From the NCBI RefSeq assembly GCF_009914755.1, contig NC_060933.1: a stretch of 64,000 bases of DNA; one strand, written 5' to 3'. The notes beneath the pieces are model-generated. The model saw only the letters and a list, made by a program, of their open reading frames with translations, had not been told where the DNA came from and did not search any database. Shown piece after piece: positions 1 through 15,046 of this stretch (position 1 is its first letter; every line of letters starts with the position of its first letter). The DNA is from the human T2T-CHM13v2.0 reference genome, Homo sapiens. Made by a program: the position numbers and the translations under genes.

Positions 1-19
1 GCAAGCTACATAATCCTTG

Positions 20-155
20 CTGAAGTCTCAGTTTTTCTTTAAGGAAAATGAAAATAACCATAACTACCTTGCACAGTTGTTAAAAGAATGAAATAGGATT
101 ATACAAAGAACTTAGTATAGGACTTGGTAAATAGTAGGTTCTTAGCAGATAGTGG
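20..155 (+). mobile_element. MIR SINE fragment
   Basis: Degenerate MIR core (ctcagtttt...aaaatg...ataa...tacct...gttgt...ttag...atagtaggt). Confidence 0.55.
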
Positions 156-249
156 GACCTGTAGATAATCTCTAAATGTGGTTTCCAAATTGGGGGAAGC
201 CAGTATATCTCTCCTATACATTCACATCTTGTATCTGCTTGCTAGCCTT

Positions 250-390
250 GGTGTGATTTCTCTCTGATGGATTTATTATTTACATGTTTATCTCTTTACT
301 GGACTTTAGCTACCTAAGACAATGGTGGAACTTACTCTTTCTATCCCCAGTGACTAGCAGTGGACTTAGTGAATGTTTGAATGAATAAAA
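250..390 (+). mobile_element. L2 LINE 3' end fragment
   Basis: tatccccagtgactagcag...aatgtttgaatgaataaa resembles the L2 3' terminus. Confidence 0.55.
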
Positions 391-717
391 ATCTCTCCCA
401 CTGTATATATTGGGAGGAAAGAAAATATCAATTTCACCAGTGCCCACCCTATTGAAGACTTCTCAGACTGAAGCCATCCGTGAGTGTATACCCTTGTCTT
501 TTAGAGTACAGTGATCACTATTCATAGATGTTCTCATCAAGCAGGACATGAAGGAAAAAAATGTCCTCTTTTCTGTGCAAACTGAACTTCAGTGTTTGTA
601 ATCTTATCAGACTGGGCTGGAAAGAAGTAAAATAATATCATGGACCATTAGTGGTCACAAGACATAGTGTTTATAGAATCCTCCAAATGAAATCTTTCCT
701 GTTTTTCATTGTGTGGG

Positions 718-1132
718 TGTATTAGTCCATTCTCGCATTGCTATGAAGGAATACCTGAGACTGGGTAATTTATAAAGAAAAGAGGTTTAATTAGCTCATG
801 GTTCCACAGGCTGTACAGGAAGCATGATGCTGGCATCTGCTTGGCTTCTGGGGAGGCCTCAGGAAACTTACAATCATGGCCAAAGGCAAAGGTGTAGCAA
901 GGCATCTCACATGGCGGGAGGAGGGGTTTGGGGAGGTGCCACACACTTTGAAATGACCAGATATCATGAGAACACACTCATGACCATGAGGACAGTACCA
1001 AGGGGATGATGCTAAACCATTCCTGAGAAATTCACCTGCATGGCTCAGTTACCTCCCACCAGGCCCCACCTCCAACATTAGGGATTACGATTTGACATGA
1101 GATTTGGTAGGAACACAGATCCAAACCATGTA
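718..1132 (-). mobile_element. MaLR LTR (MSTA/MSTB-like)
   Basis: Starts tgtattagtccattctc...gagactgggtaatttataaagaaaagaggtttaatt and ends cagatccaaaccat, the reverse complement of an MST LTR. Confidence 0.88.
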
Positions 1133-2170
<1,038 letters not shown>

Positions 2171-2569
2171 GAAACAACACACTTCTAAATAACACATACA
2201 TCAAAGAAGAAATCTCAAGAGAAATTAAAAAATAATTTGAACTAAATAAGAGTAAAAATAGAATAACTGAATAAATCAAAATTTGTGAAATGCAGAGAAA
2301 GCAGTGCTTAGCAGGAAATTTATAGCATTGAATGCATATATTAGAAAAAAGATCTAAAATCAATAATCTATCTTCCGTATTAGGAAACTAAAAAAAGAAG
2401 TACAAATTAATCCCAAAGTAAGCAGAAGAAATAAAAATTACAGCAGGAATCCATGGAGTTAAAAACAGGAAATCAATAGAGAAAAGAAATCAAAAGCTGG
2501 TTCTTTGAAAAGATCAATAAAATTGATGTCTCTAGCCAGGTTAATTAAGAAAAAAAGAGAAAAGATAAT

Positions 2570-2695
2570 GGCCAGGCATGGTGATGCAAGCCTTTAATCC
2601 CAGCTATTTTGGAGGCTGAGGTGGGAGGATCACCTGAGCTCAGGAGTTTGAGTTTGAGGCCAGCCTGAACAGCATGCAAGACGCTGTCTCTAAAA
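2570..2695 (+). mobile_element. Alu monomer (FLAM)
   Basis: Single ~125-bp Alu-like monomer followed by a GA-rich tract. Confidence 0.8.
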
Positions 2696-3230
2696 CAGAG
2701 GGGGTGGGGGGAAGAGACAGAGAGAGAGAGCAAGAGAGAGGGAGAGAAGACAGAAATTACTCATATCAGAAATGAAAGAAAGGACATCACTACAAATCCT
2801 ATGAGTATCAAAAGGATAATAAAGGTATATTATGAACAACTCTATGCCTACAAATTTGACAACCTAGATGAAATGGATAAATTCCTTGAAAGGCATATGT
2901 GCTAAAACTGACACAAGAAGAAACAGACAATCTGAATAGGCCTATATCTATTAAAAATATTGGATCAATAGTTAAAAACTTCCCAAAACAGAAAACACCA
3001 GGACAAGATGGATTCACTGGGGAATTCTACCAAATATTTAAGTAAGAAATCATACCAATTCTATACAATCCTTTTCAGAAGATAAAACCCCAGAAAAAAA
3101 CTTCCTAATTCATTCTATGAGGGTAGCATTACTCTAATATCAAAACAAGACAAAGACATTACGAGAAAGCTACGAAACAATATATCTCATAAATACAGAT
3201 GGAAAAATCTTTGACAAAATGTTAGCAAAT

Positions 3231-3508
3231 CCTCAGATGCTCAAGACCCTTATATAAAATGGTGTAATATTTACATATAACCTACACACTTCCTCTTGTA
3301 TATTTAAAATAATCTCTAGATTACTTATAATACCTAATACAATGAAAATGCTATGCAAATAGTTATTATACTGTAGTGCTTTTTAAATTTGTATTATTTT
3401 TTATTTTGTACTTTTTAAAAAAAATTATTTTTGATCTGCTTGTTTGATTTTTTGTTCTGTTGTTTGAAATCACAGATGGAAACCTGAGGATATAGAGGGC
3501 TGACTGTA
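3231..3508 (+). mobile_element. MER2 (TcMar-Tigger) fragment
   Basis: atctctagattacttataatacctaatacaatg...gagggctgactgta; same family as 54618-54944. Confidence 0.82.
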
Positions 3509-3974
3509 TGTGAGCACTCCCCAAAATGAAATACTAAGATATGAATTTAACAAAATATGTACAATAAAATAATAACTGAATAAATGAAGAGATCTTTCAT
3601 GTTCATGGATAGGAAGGCTCAATATCATCAAGATGTTGATTCTTTAAAATTTGATCTATAGATTCAGCACAATCCCAATCAAAATCCTGGGAAGCTGTAT
3701 TGTGGTTATAGACAATGATTGGAAAGTTTGTACAGAGAGGCAAAAGACTCAGAATAGTCAATTCTATATTGAAGGAGAAGAAACAAAGTTGGAAGACTGA
3801 CACTACCTGACTTCAAGACTAACTATAAAGCTACAGTAATCAAGACAGTGTGGTATTGAAAAATAGATCAATGGAACAGAATAGACAGCCCAGAAAAAGA
3901 CCCATACAAATACGATCAACTGATCTTTGATGTAGGAGCAAAGGCAGTACAATAGAAGAAAGATAGTCTTTTCA

Positions 3975-4562
<588 letters not shown>

Positions 4563-5222
4563 CTACAAAAGACACAGTCAAGAGAATGGGAAGACAAGTC
4601 ACAGACAGGAAGAAAATATTTGCAAAAGTTATATTCGATAAATGACTGTTATCCAAATACACTAAGAACTCTTAAAACCCCACAATAATAAAATGAACAA
4701 ACTAATTAAAAAATAGGCAGGAGACCTGAGCAGGCACCTCACCAAAGAAGATATACAGAGGGTAAATAAGCATATGATAAGATGCTCAACATCATATGTC
4801 ATTACAAAATTGCAAATTAAAACAAAAGTGAAATACCATGGTACACCTATTAGAATGGTGAAAATAAAAAACACTGATAACACCAAATGCTGGTGAAGAT
4901 GTAGAGCAACAGAAACTCTCATTCACTGCTGATGGGAATGCAAAATGGTACAGTCATTTTAGAAGAGAGTTTGGCAGTTTCTTACAAAACTGAACATAGT
5001 CTTATTATAAGATCCAGTAATCATGCCCCTTGGTATTTACCCAAATGAGCTGAAAACTTATGCCCACACAAAAACTTGCACACAAGTGTTTATAGCAGTT
5101 TTATTCATAATTGCCAAAACTTGGAAGCAATCAAGATGGCCTTCAGTAGTGAATGAATAAATAAACTGTGGTATATACAGACCATGCAGTATTATTCAGT
5201 GCTAAAAAGAAATGAGCTATCA

Positions 5223-5519
5223 GGCCGGGCGCGGTGGCTCACACCTGTAATCCCAGCACTTTGGGAGGCCAAGGAGGGTGGATCACGAGGTCAGGAGTTC
5301 AAGACCAGCCTGGCCAAGATGGTGAAACCCCATCTCTACTAAAAATACAAAAAAATTAGCTGGGAGTGGTGGTGGGCACCTGTAATCTCAGCTACTCGGG
5401 AGGCTGAGGCAGAGAATTGCTTGAACCCGGGAGGTGGAGGTTGCAGTGAGCCGAGATCACACACTCCAGCCTGGGCAACAGAGCGAGACTTTATCTCAAA
5501 AAAAAAAAAAAAAAAAAAA
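5223..5519 (+). mobile_element. Alu (AluSg-like)
   Basis: Full dimer, gatcacgaggtcaggagttc, TSD gagctatca. Confidence 0.95.
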
Positions 5520-6654
5520 GAGCTATCAAGTCATGAAAATACATGGAGGAAACTTAAGTGCACATTACTAAGTGAAAGCAGACAATCTGAATATACTACA
5601 TACTATATGATTCCAAACATATGACATTTTACAAAAGGCAAAATCATGGAGACAGTAAAATAATGAGTGGTTGCCAGGGACTGGGGGGAGAGTGGGATGA
5701 GTAAACGTAGCACAGAGGATTTTTAGGGCAATGAGATGATTCTGCATGGTGATATAATAGTAGATACATGCTACTATACAATTTGTCTCCACCCACAGAA
5801 TGCTTAGCACCAAGACCTGATGTAAACTAGGGACTTTGGGTGATAATGATGTATCCATGCAGCTTTATCAATTGTAGCAAATGTTCCACTGTGGATCAGG
5901 ATGTTAACAGTGGGAGAGGTTGTGCATGTGTGGGCTAAGGGGTATATGGGAACTCTCTGTACTTTCCATTCAATTTTGCTGTGAACCCAAAACTGTTCTA
6001 AAAAATAGTCCATTAACAAAAAAAAAAAAGAATGTACATTCTTTATCTGTAATTGCTCCTAATTTGTAGCAATTCAGGGAAAACAGCTAGGGAAAGCAGG
6101 TTATCAACACAATGCACAAAATAGGCGTTGAGAACCTCAAAAATGATATCATTTGTTAATGCAGAACCCGGACTGGTCCCAGGTCTTCATCAGGATGGGT
6201 TGATGATTTTGATTTGGGGGTAGGTTCAAAGTTTGGAGAGCACAGAGGACATGCAAAAGTAATTCCATGTGCTGCTCAGATTATGGATTTGGTGTGTAAG
6301 AAAGGTTTTATTTTTAAATTTTTCTTAATTCTCTCAAGTTTTTCTTCTGGTGGAAAACTCAATGTTGGTCATTATTAGAGCTTTTTATTTTCACCTCCGG
6401 TTTAAAAAGGTCCTGGGGTCTTACTCACTGCCAAGCATTGGAGGGTGAGCCTCTTGTCATCCAGGTACCTCTCCCATGCCTACCATCTTAGCTTACATGG
6501 TACCTCCAGGCTTGGCAGCCCTGCTGTTTCTTCAAGGCTCAGGAATTTATGGTGAGGCAGGGATCCTACCTACCTCACTAGCTGGACAGCTATGTTTTTC
6601 AGCTAGTTAATAGAACTGTCTATACACAAGGAGGAAAAGGAAGTGAGAACAAGA

Positions 6655-6730
6655 ATGAAAGAAAGGGAAAGAGAGAAGAGAATAGAGAAGAGAAGAGAGA
6701 GAAGAGAAGAGAAGAGAAGAGAGGAAGGAG
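6655..6730 (+). repeat. (GAGAA)n purine-rich simple repeat
   Basis: Seen directly. Confidence 0.85.
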
Positions 6731-6926
6731 TGCCCAATGAGGTGCAAATGTCCATGAGAGAACATTGGGGTTAAGTCAGGTGAACAGGCAGTAAAAATCC
6801 AAAGCTCCCCTGTGTTGGACAGATGTCTGGTCCTTAAGGTACCTTTCTTAGCTGGGTGGTCTAACAACACCTTTCAAAAATGTGCCTGCCCCCCGACCAA
6901 AAAATAGGGGAAAAAACATGCTTCCC

Positions 6927-7327
6927 CAGAAAGACAAATACCACATGTTCTGACTCATATGTGGGAGCTAAAAAAGTGGATCTCATGAAGACAGAGAGTA
7001 GAATAATGGTTGCCAGAGGCTTGGAAGGGTAATGAGGAGGAGGGCATGAAGAGAAGTTGATTAATGGGTGAAAATATACAGTTTGATTGAAGAAATAAAA
7101 CCTAGTGTTCAATAAATCAGTAGGGTAACTATAGTTTACAGTAAGCCATTTTACCTTTCAAGATAGCTAGAAGAGAATAATTCAACTATTTCCAGCATAA
7201 AGACAAATGTTTAAAGTGATGGTTATCCCAACTACACTGACTTGATCAAATTTACAAATTATATAAATGTATTAAATTATCACATGTACCTTGAAGCTAT
7301 GTATATTTATTATGTATCAATAAGAAA
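6927..7327 (+). mobile_element. L1MA-type 3' UTR fragment
   Basis: cagaaagacaaataccacatgttc...gtgggagctaaaaaagtggatctcatg...gtgatggttatccca...ttatgtatcaat. Confidence 0.85.
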
Positions 7328-7569
7328 TTGTTTCCGAAAAAGTGCCCCCCAATTGTTTTTATGGGAACTTTCCTCTTCTTTGGGACCAGCCCCTGAGAGT
7401 TAATATAGATCAAGTTGGAATACATTTGTTTTGTTTATATTTTAAGCTTATAAGTGAGAAAGGCCATTTCTTTCTCTCTCTCTCTAAGAGGTAGATATGA
7501 GCTGAACATAACAGCCGTACAATTTTAAGCTTCCAGGATGAAATTTTCCTTCTCCAAGGGATGAGGTTT

Positions 7570-8108
7570 TTAGTGCTGAACCCCTGTTAGCCTCAATAGG
7601 GAAGGCACCGGGATCAAGATGCCAAAGAAGAGACCGAGAGTCAGCAAAGGAGATGGAGTTTTATTAGGGGCTTCCATACAGGGGAGAGAGTCCAGTGGCC
7701 GTGGGCTGAATGGGATAACTGCTTTATGTGCAGAAACAGTCCAGTGGCAGTGGGCTGGACAAGATATCTGCCTTACATACAGTCCAGTGGCATTGGGCTG
7801 GGCAGGAAAACCATAACCACTTGCAAATAACATGCAGTTTATGTAGAATTTTCACTGACCACCCTCTCCCTAACAACCTCCCCTTTATAACCTTCACTTA
7901 AGCCAAAATTCAGGGTCTCAGTTCTCTGTAAGACCTGTGTCCCACGGGTGGGCTAGGGGCTCAGTTGCTCCTCATAGATAAGGAATGACTCTCCTGGTTG
8001 GCTGTTCCCCGATCCCATAGTTTGGAATGCACCTTCAGGTATACCTTCCATGCAGAGTCAGTCCAAGGGTATGCTTAAGCTATTGCTGCCAGGTGCGTTT
8101 ACCCTACA
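7570..8108 (-). mobile_element. Solo ERV LTR (LTR32/LTR47-like, family uncertain)
   Basis: Ends ...caggtgcgtttaccctaca (TG start on -), tttatt poly-A signal near the other end, 5-bp TSD ggttt. Confidence 0.75.
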
Positions 8109-8433
8109 GGTTTAAATTTACCTTTCAAGCAGTCTGCGCTATTATTTGGGAACACCATCACAGTGAATGTTTAATCAGGAAGCAAGAACCCCTGCTTTGT
8201 CCTTGTGGAAGATGTGAACATTAGGAACTTACCCAAAGGCCTGGGCCTAGGGTTCCTGAAGTTCAGTCCTTGAAGTCCCGCCTTGGGGGGTCTGCTGGAC
8301 AATAGTAATGGGTGGGTGTTCTAATGAGTCTCTCTGTGGATGTGGTTGGTGCTTTTTAGCTTGGTAGTGGCAGGAAGCATTGCTTTTCTTTGTAAGAATT
8401 CCAATCTCTGTGCTTCTTGCTTGTTCTTGGGAG

Positions 8434-8957
8434 GTGAGTGTGTGTGGCGTGTGTGTGGTGTGTGTGGGGTGGTGTGTGGGGGGGGTTGTGTGTGTGTAGG
8501 GTGTGTGTGAGTTGTGTGTGTGTGGTGTGTGTGTGGTGTATGTGTGGGGTTGTGTGTGTAGGGTGTGTGTGAGGTGTGTGTGTGTGGTGTGTGGCGTGGT
8601 GTGTGTGTGTGGTGTGTGTGGGGTGGTGTATGTGGTGTGTGTGTGGGGTTGTGGTGTGTGTATGTAGGATATGTGTGAGTTGTGTGTGGGGTGTGTGTGT
8701 GGGGTGTGTGTGGGGTTGTGTGTGTGGGGGGTGGTTGGGGGGTGTGTGGGGGGTTGTAGGGTGTGTGTGAATTGTGTGTGTGGTGTGTGTGTGTGCGGTG
8801 TGTGTGTGGGGTGGTGTGTGTGGAGGGTGTGTGTGGGGTGGTGTGTGTGTGGTGTGTGTGGGGTGGTGTGTGTGTGTGGGGTTGTGGTGTGTGTGTAGGA
8901 TGTGTGTGGTGTGTGTATATGGTGTGTGCGAGTGTGTGTGTCTGGTGTGTGTGTGTG
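8434..8957 (+). repeat. ~520-bp complex (TG)n/(TGG)/(TGGGG) low-complexity repeat
   Basis: Seen directly; produces the spurious H/T/P- and V/C/G-rich ORFs. Confidence 0.97.
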
Positions 8958-10577
8958 AATATTAAGCTGCTGCTCATGACAGGCAGGAGCTGAGACAGCT
9001 GTAAGGTGGGTCGCGCTGGAGAAGAGGGTGAGAAGCACTGCATTCCGTCACACTGGGTTTGGTCACACCAAAACCTGGATCTCACAGCAATGTTACAGAA
9101 GACTGAATAGGATTCCTGGAAATAATGTCCAGTTGAAGGACGTTGCCATTGTCAATCAGCTTTGTAAAACAGCAGGACCTGGGACCAGAAAAGGGTTCAG
9201 GAGGCAAGTCTCAGGCTGGAATAGGGTGAGGGGGGGCGGGGAGTTCGCCTGTCTTGCGCTCTTGTGGAGGTTGAGGTCCAGATGCTGAATAGAACAGTAT
9301 TGAGTTCGCCTCTAGTGGGAATGGTAAGCTAGGACTATCTATTTGATGTGTGTAGAGGATCAGGCAAAGAGGAGGCAAGCAAGGGAAACTGCCTGTGAAC
9401 CATAGAGAATCGATCTGCTATCCAGCTGTTTCTCTCTTTTGTTGTAACTCCCTTAAATTAACTCCAAACTCCAACCCCCCATAAGACCCCTTTTAAACCT
9501 TACGGCTTGGTTTCTGCATTCAATGATGGGAAGTCAGAGGAGTCCATTTTGGGGAGCAGAATGGTACAGCAGAAAACAGCAGCTGGAAAGAGGAAGATCC
9601 AGGGACCCCCCGGGAGCCACCACCGGCAGCCAGAGCCTCCCCAGTAGCTGAGGCTGCAGTGAGCCATGAAAACAGCATCCTGACAAGCGAAATGATTCCT
9701 TGGGATTCCCAGAAATGCTGGTGAAGAGGAAGCTGGTAGAAGAACTGGACTTCCTCAGGCCGAGTCAGTGGGAACCCGAGGCACCATCACTTTTTAATCA
9801 CAAAGAAATGTGACTTTATTATGACACTTAAAACTAATGAAGCCTGGACATCTGGGCTGTATAATGTAAGGAACTGAGGCTTGGTTACTGTGTGGTTCAT
9901 TGCTGCTCATTATGCTGTCAGACGAATGGGAATGAGGCCACACTCGGCTTGAAAATTGCCAGTAAACTCTGATGGAGAGGAACATTCTGCTTTCATTCTG
10001 TAAAATTAGAGACACAATGTAACACTCGCCGTCTAATTAGCTACAAAACATTGACATCAGTGTTCATGCTCTGCATATCAATACATGTTGCTCCGTTTGT
10101 GCATTTACACCATCTTCCTGATTACCAAATACCTTAGCAAATGGGACAGCAGATGTTTCCTCTCACAACTTCAACGTGGCATCTGCTCAAATCATTTGTC
10201 TCCTCCATCCCATTCAATTGCTAAGCCCCTATATTTTTCCTGACATCTGGGGGCTGGCTCTTTGCCTGTTCAACTAAGTTGGGTAACATTGAGTGCTTTC
10301 CTGCACTAAGTTGGTATTTAAGGGGAAGAGCTGAAAAATCACGTCTGCAGGCTTTCTAATCTGGTAAATGTTAATTTTACCCATACCTACCTCGGAATGA
10401 TTTTCTCTGGGTCATGGAAATCTTTTATTTTTTATTTACTTATTTCTATTTGCTAGTTTAATAATGAACAGATATTATTGACATAATAACAATTTTTAAA
10501 AATGTAAGACTGATCATTCAGGAAATTTTAGTCAGATGCTACTTTCTAAGTCTTCCATTTCATTATTTTTTGTTTGT

Positions 10578-10750
10578 TTTTATTTGATACATAATACTTG
10601 TACATGTTTATGGTATACAGGGTGATGTTTCAATACATGTATACACTATGCAATGATCCAATCATGGTATTTAGTATATCCGTCACCTCAAACATTTATC
10701 ATTTCTTTGTGGTGAGAGCATTCAGAATCCTCTCTTCTAGTTACTTTGAA
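10578..10750 (-). mobile_element. L1MA-type 3' end fragment
   Basis: gatacataatacttgtacatg...cacctcaaacatttatcatttctttgtggtgagagcattc. Confidence 0.8.
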
Positions 10751-10799
10751 TCCATTAGGAATTCCATTCATAACAAGGTGGAGAGAGATGGGTGGATGG

Positions 10800-11180
10800 T
10801 ATGGTAGTTTATCTCCAAGATGAATACTGTTAAGTTCTTTCTTTCCCTACAAGCCATTCTTCACTGAGAGGTGGAACTTATTCCACCACCTTAATGAATC
10901 TAGGCTGGCCCGTGACTTGCTCTTGACCAATAGAATATGGTGGAACTGACATAGTTTAACCTCCAAATCATAAGAAGCCTTGCAGCTTCTGTTGGGTCTC
11001 CTGGAATATTCCCTCTTGGGGAAATGCACGGACCACCTACTACCAGTCCAACTACTTTGAGACCACCATACTGCATAGGAAACCCAGCCTAGCCATGTGG
11101 AGAGGATGCTTGAGGATAGATGCTCAAGCAGCCCCCAGCTTTTCCAGCCTATACATGAGACATGAGAGTGGAGAAACCTT
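10800..11180 (+). mobile_element. MLT1 (F/G/H-like) MaLR LTR fragment
   Basis: gaatctaggctggcccgtgacttgctcttgaccaatagaatatggtggaa...gccttgcagcttctg. Confidence 0.7.
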
Positions 11181-11181
11181 C

Positions 11182-11289
11182 TGATATGGTTTGGATATTT
11201 GCCTCCTCAAAATCTCATGTTGAAATGTGATCCCAATGTTGAATGTGGGAGATGTTGGGTCATGGGGGTGGATCCCTCATGAATGGCTA
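11182..11289 (+). mobile_element. MST LTR 5' fragment (truncated)
   Basis: tgatatggtttggatatttg...aaatctcatgttgaaatgtgatccc...ggatccctcatgaatggct. Confidence 0.82.
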
Positions 11290-11430
11290 TGAATATTATA
11301 TAAATATATAATTATGTAATATATATAATATATATTATATACTCTATTTTATATATACTATATATAAATACTCCAATCTATTTTTTATACATATAAAAAT
11401 ATATATATATAAAATATATATATATACAAT
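11290..11430. repeat. (TA)n AT-rich low-complexity tract
   Basis: Seen directly. Confidence 0.9.
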
Positions 11431-12089
11431 AGATTGGAGAAATCAAGGTAGGCTTCAAGTTCACAAGGGGCTGTTAGTGTAATGTTGTTTGAAGAAATAC
11501 TGAAAGCTACCCAAAAGCATCTCCTTCTACCAGCCTGAAGTCCCCATTAATCCTTTTTCATCTCAACTTACCTAGGAAGAGCAGTACATAAATCTCCTGG
11601 GAACCTGGCAAGGCCTGGACTAGTCTGTCTGGGAGATCAGCTTGCTGAACCCTAAAGGGGAGTCCTGAAAGAGTGGATCAGAGACAGCTTTTTGAGGTCA
11701 CTAAGAAAGGTCCAGGCACATGTGAAATGCCAATGTGAAGGAATCTGGGTAGCATGAGGCTGGGGCCTAGGACAACTCTGAAGACAAACTTCTCTCCCCT
11801 CCTAATTCTGCACAGAACTAGTCTTACATGAAGCTATTGTCAATTATTTTGGGTGCATCTTCTATATCCTAAGCACAATGGTCAGTACTTTACATAGATT
11901 ATGATCTCTTTAACCCTCCCATGACCCTATATGTCAGACAGTTTTGACAGTGAAAGGGACACTGTTAATAATTATTCTTTTAATTATTCTAATCATTATA
12001 AAAATATTCTATATGCCAGGACCGTCCTAGGCCCACCTGGGCATATGATCACCCCTACCTGTGAACAAGTGTAGTTCCTTCCCTGATAG

Positions 12090-12212
12090 TACACCTGAGT
12101 AAACTGAGGCTTAGGATGTGAAGCCACTTGCTGAAGGTCACACAGCTGGTAAGTGGTGGAGGAGGATTTGATCCAAATAGTCTGGCTCCTGAGTCTATAC
12201 TCTCTGCCACTA
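12090..12212 (-). mobile_element. MIR fragment
   Basis: aaactgaggcttagg...cttgctgaaggtcacacagctggtaagtgg MIR core. Confidence 0.75.
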
Positions 12213-12326
12213 CAGCTAACTATTGACATAGCTATTGTTTAATGCAAAAGTCAGTCTGGCAAGCTGAATTTGGCTCATAGATTCTGTTTTGGTTGACATT
12301 CATTATTTTTTTAGAAATTGAGCTTA

Positions 12327-12650
<324 letters not shown>

Positions 12651-13112
12651 TTATAATTTCCCTTGGCCCACTTGTCTTTTTTTCATAAGTGTAATCCCTG
12701 GAGGCATTTGATTTGGTAGCTCCTAAAGTAATACATTTCTAGCATCCTATGGTATCCCATTCTTTCTGCTTTCTGCCCACAGCCTTCTTTCATCCATTGA
12801 CCTCTCCAGTCTCTTGTGTATGATACCATCAATCTCATATCCCCGTTTTCTCCACTCCTCTCTGACCTTCGTGGAAAAGCCTGCATATGGGTGAGCTTCT
12901 CACTTCTGTCCCAGTGTACCTATATATACAAAAGTCTCCAAGTGTAGCTGGTTATAATTTCCATTTCATGTGGTCACTCTAAAACCACTGAGTTTACAAC
13001 ATCCAGTAATCACTTGGAAATACCCCTCTTAATTGATAACAGTAGGTAGTGACTATTCAAAATAACTATAAACATTGCTGAGCATTTACTTAATATTTAA
13101 AAATCAGGATGA

Positions 13113-13442
<330 letters not shown>

Positions 13443-13572
13443 TGATAGCACATATTTTTAAGTGTTTATAAAAATTGCTTGGGATTTTGAAGAATTTATT
13501 TCTTAAGGAATTTTGTGTATTTGGAGATATTCATGTATATAACTAATCAAAGGTTTAAAAGTTTTGAGCAGT

Positions 13573-13820
13573 GGCCAGGTGCGGTGGCTCACGCCTGTAA
13601 TCCCAGCACTTTGGGAGGCTGAGGCAGGCGGATCACGAGGTCAGGAGATTGAGACCATCCTGATCAACATGATGAAACCCCGTCTCTACTAAAAATACAA
13701 AAAATTAGCTGGGCGTAGTGGCGGGCGCGTGTAGTCCCAGCTACTCGGGAGGCTGAGGCGGGAGAATGGCGCCACTGCCCTCCAGCCTGGGCGACCGAGC
13801 AACAGAGCGAGACTCCATCT

Positions 13821-13852
<32 letters not shown>
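13573..13852 (+). mobile_element. Alu (AluY/Sc-like) with ~38-bp right-arm deletion
   Basis: ggagaatggc joined to gccactgc; long poly-A; TSD aaaagttttg(a/g)gcag. Confidence 0.93.
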
Positions 13853-13856
<4 letters not shown>

Positions 13857-15046
13857 TGGGCAGCTTTAAAAATGTCTGAATCATGTACAAGAATTCCATG
13901 AAACCATAGAAGGAATGCTAATGAAACATGGGAGAACACTTAGATTTCAAGAGCCAAATTTTATATTACAATGATGAAGATGGACAGAGAACATCTTGAT
14001 GAAAGAGAAGAGTGATTGAACATGAGCAGAGAGGAAGGACTCATTACATACAAGTACCAGATGCAAATATTGTCAAGCTCTAATCAGTATGGGAGAGCAT
14101 TGCTTGGGAAATGTACGCTCTGGCTCAGGGCATGGTACAGAACTTGGAAACTCGTCTCATCCTTCATACACTCTGATCCAAATAAACCTTGCTTACTTAA
14201 AAGAAGACAGCTTCTTTCATGTTTGGTGTTCTCAACGCCCATCAACAGGTCACAGGAACAAACTTTTAATAGACTCTGTTCAAACCTCCAGAAATCTGTA
14301 TTTAATTACAGGTTTGCTCAAGAATGTGATCATTGGATTAATTAAGGGTTGTGTGTGAGAGGAATGATTAATTTACTTGAGCTGATAGTCTTTATGAATA
14401 CATTAATATACACTGACAAGTAAAATATGTGTATGTGTAGATTTTTATTAGTGACTATTAAGATCTACTAGAATGGGGAGGGCTACCTCAAGTCTAGCCA
14501 CTTAGTGCCTATTATGTGTACACATCTATGACTAAAATTCTGTCTTTGGGCTTCACAGATTATATAAAGTAGCAAGGAGTTTTCTCTTTTCAGTAACTTA
14601 GTTTATGAGGGGGCCTGGATGCTGGTTGTATGGAAAGAGTCTTTACAAAATTTCCATTTAAGGAAGTAGTTGGTGACGTTTCTGTGTATTCACACTGATA
14701 CTGCATATTCATGAATCACTGCTTGTCAACACCTCCAGGTTAGGTTAGATGAGCTCCGTGGTGCCTCTGACTTGGAAATTCTGGGTTTTATGTGGCTTAT
14801 CAGCCATTTTTCCTGTCTGCGCTTACATTGAGCCATTTTCTACCAGGAGCCTTCTGGTTGCCAAGGGTCAAGCTTATTGTATTAGCTTGGTTCTGTTTGA
14901 CTGATTCCACATTACTAGGAAGGCTTCTATAAATACAACCAAGAGGGAGAGTTTCTCAAAGACTTTTATCTAAGGCCATGCCACTGAATTCATGTAGAAT
15001 AGAAATTTCTCTGGAGCAGATAGCCTACATTAAAAAGGATAGTTCT

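Noticed and set aside
8434-8957. Resemblance to yeast TG1-3 telomeric repeat or an interstitial telomere
   Set aside because: No TTAGGG array; the similarity is compositional
8247-9085. Longest ORFs (263 and 254 aa, His/Thr/Pro-rich)
   Set aside because: Translation of the CA/CCA strand of the simple repeat, which lacks stop codons by composition
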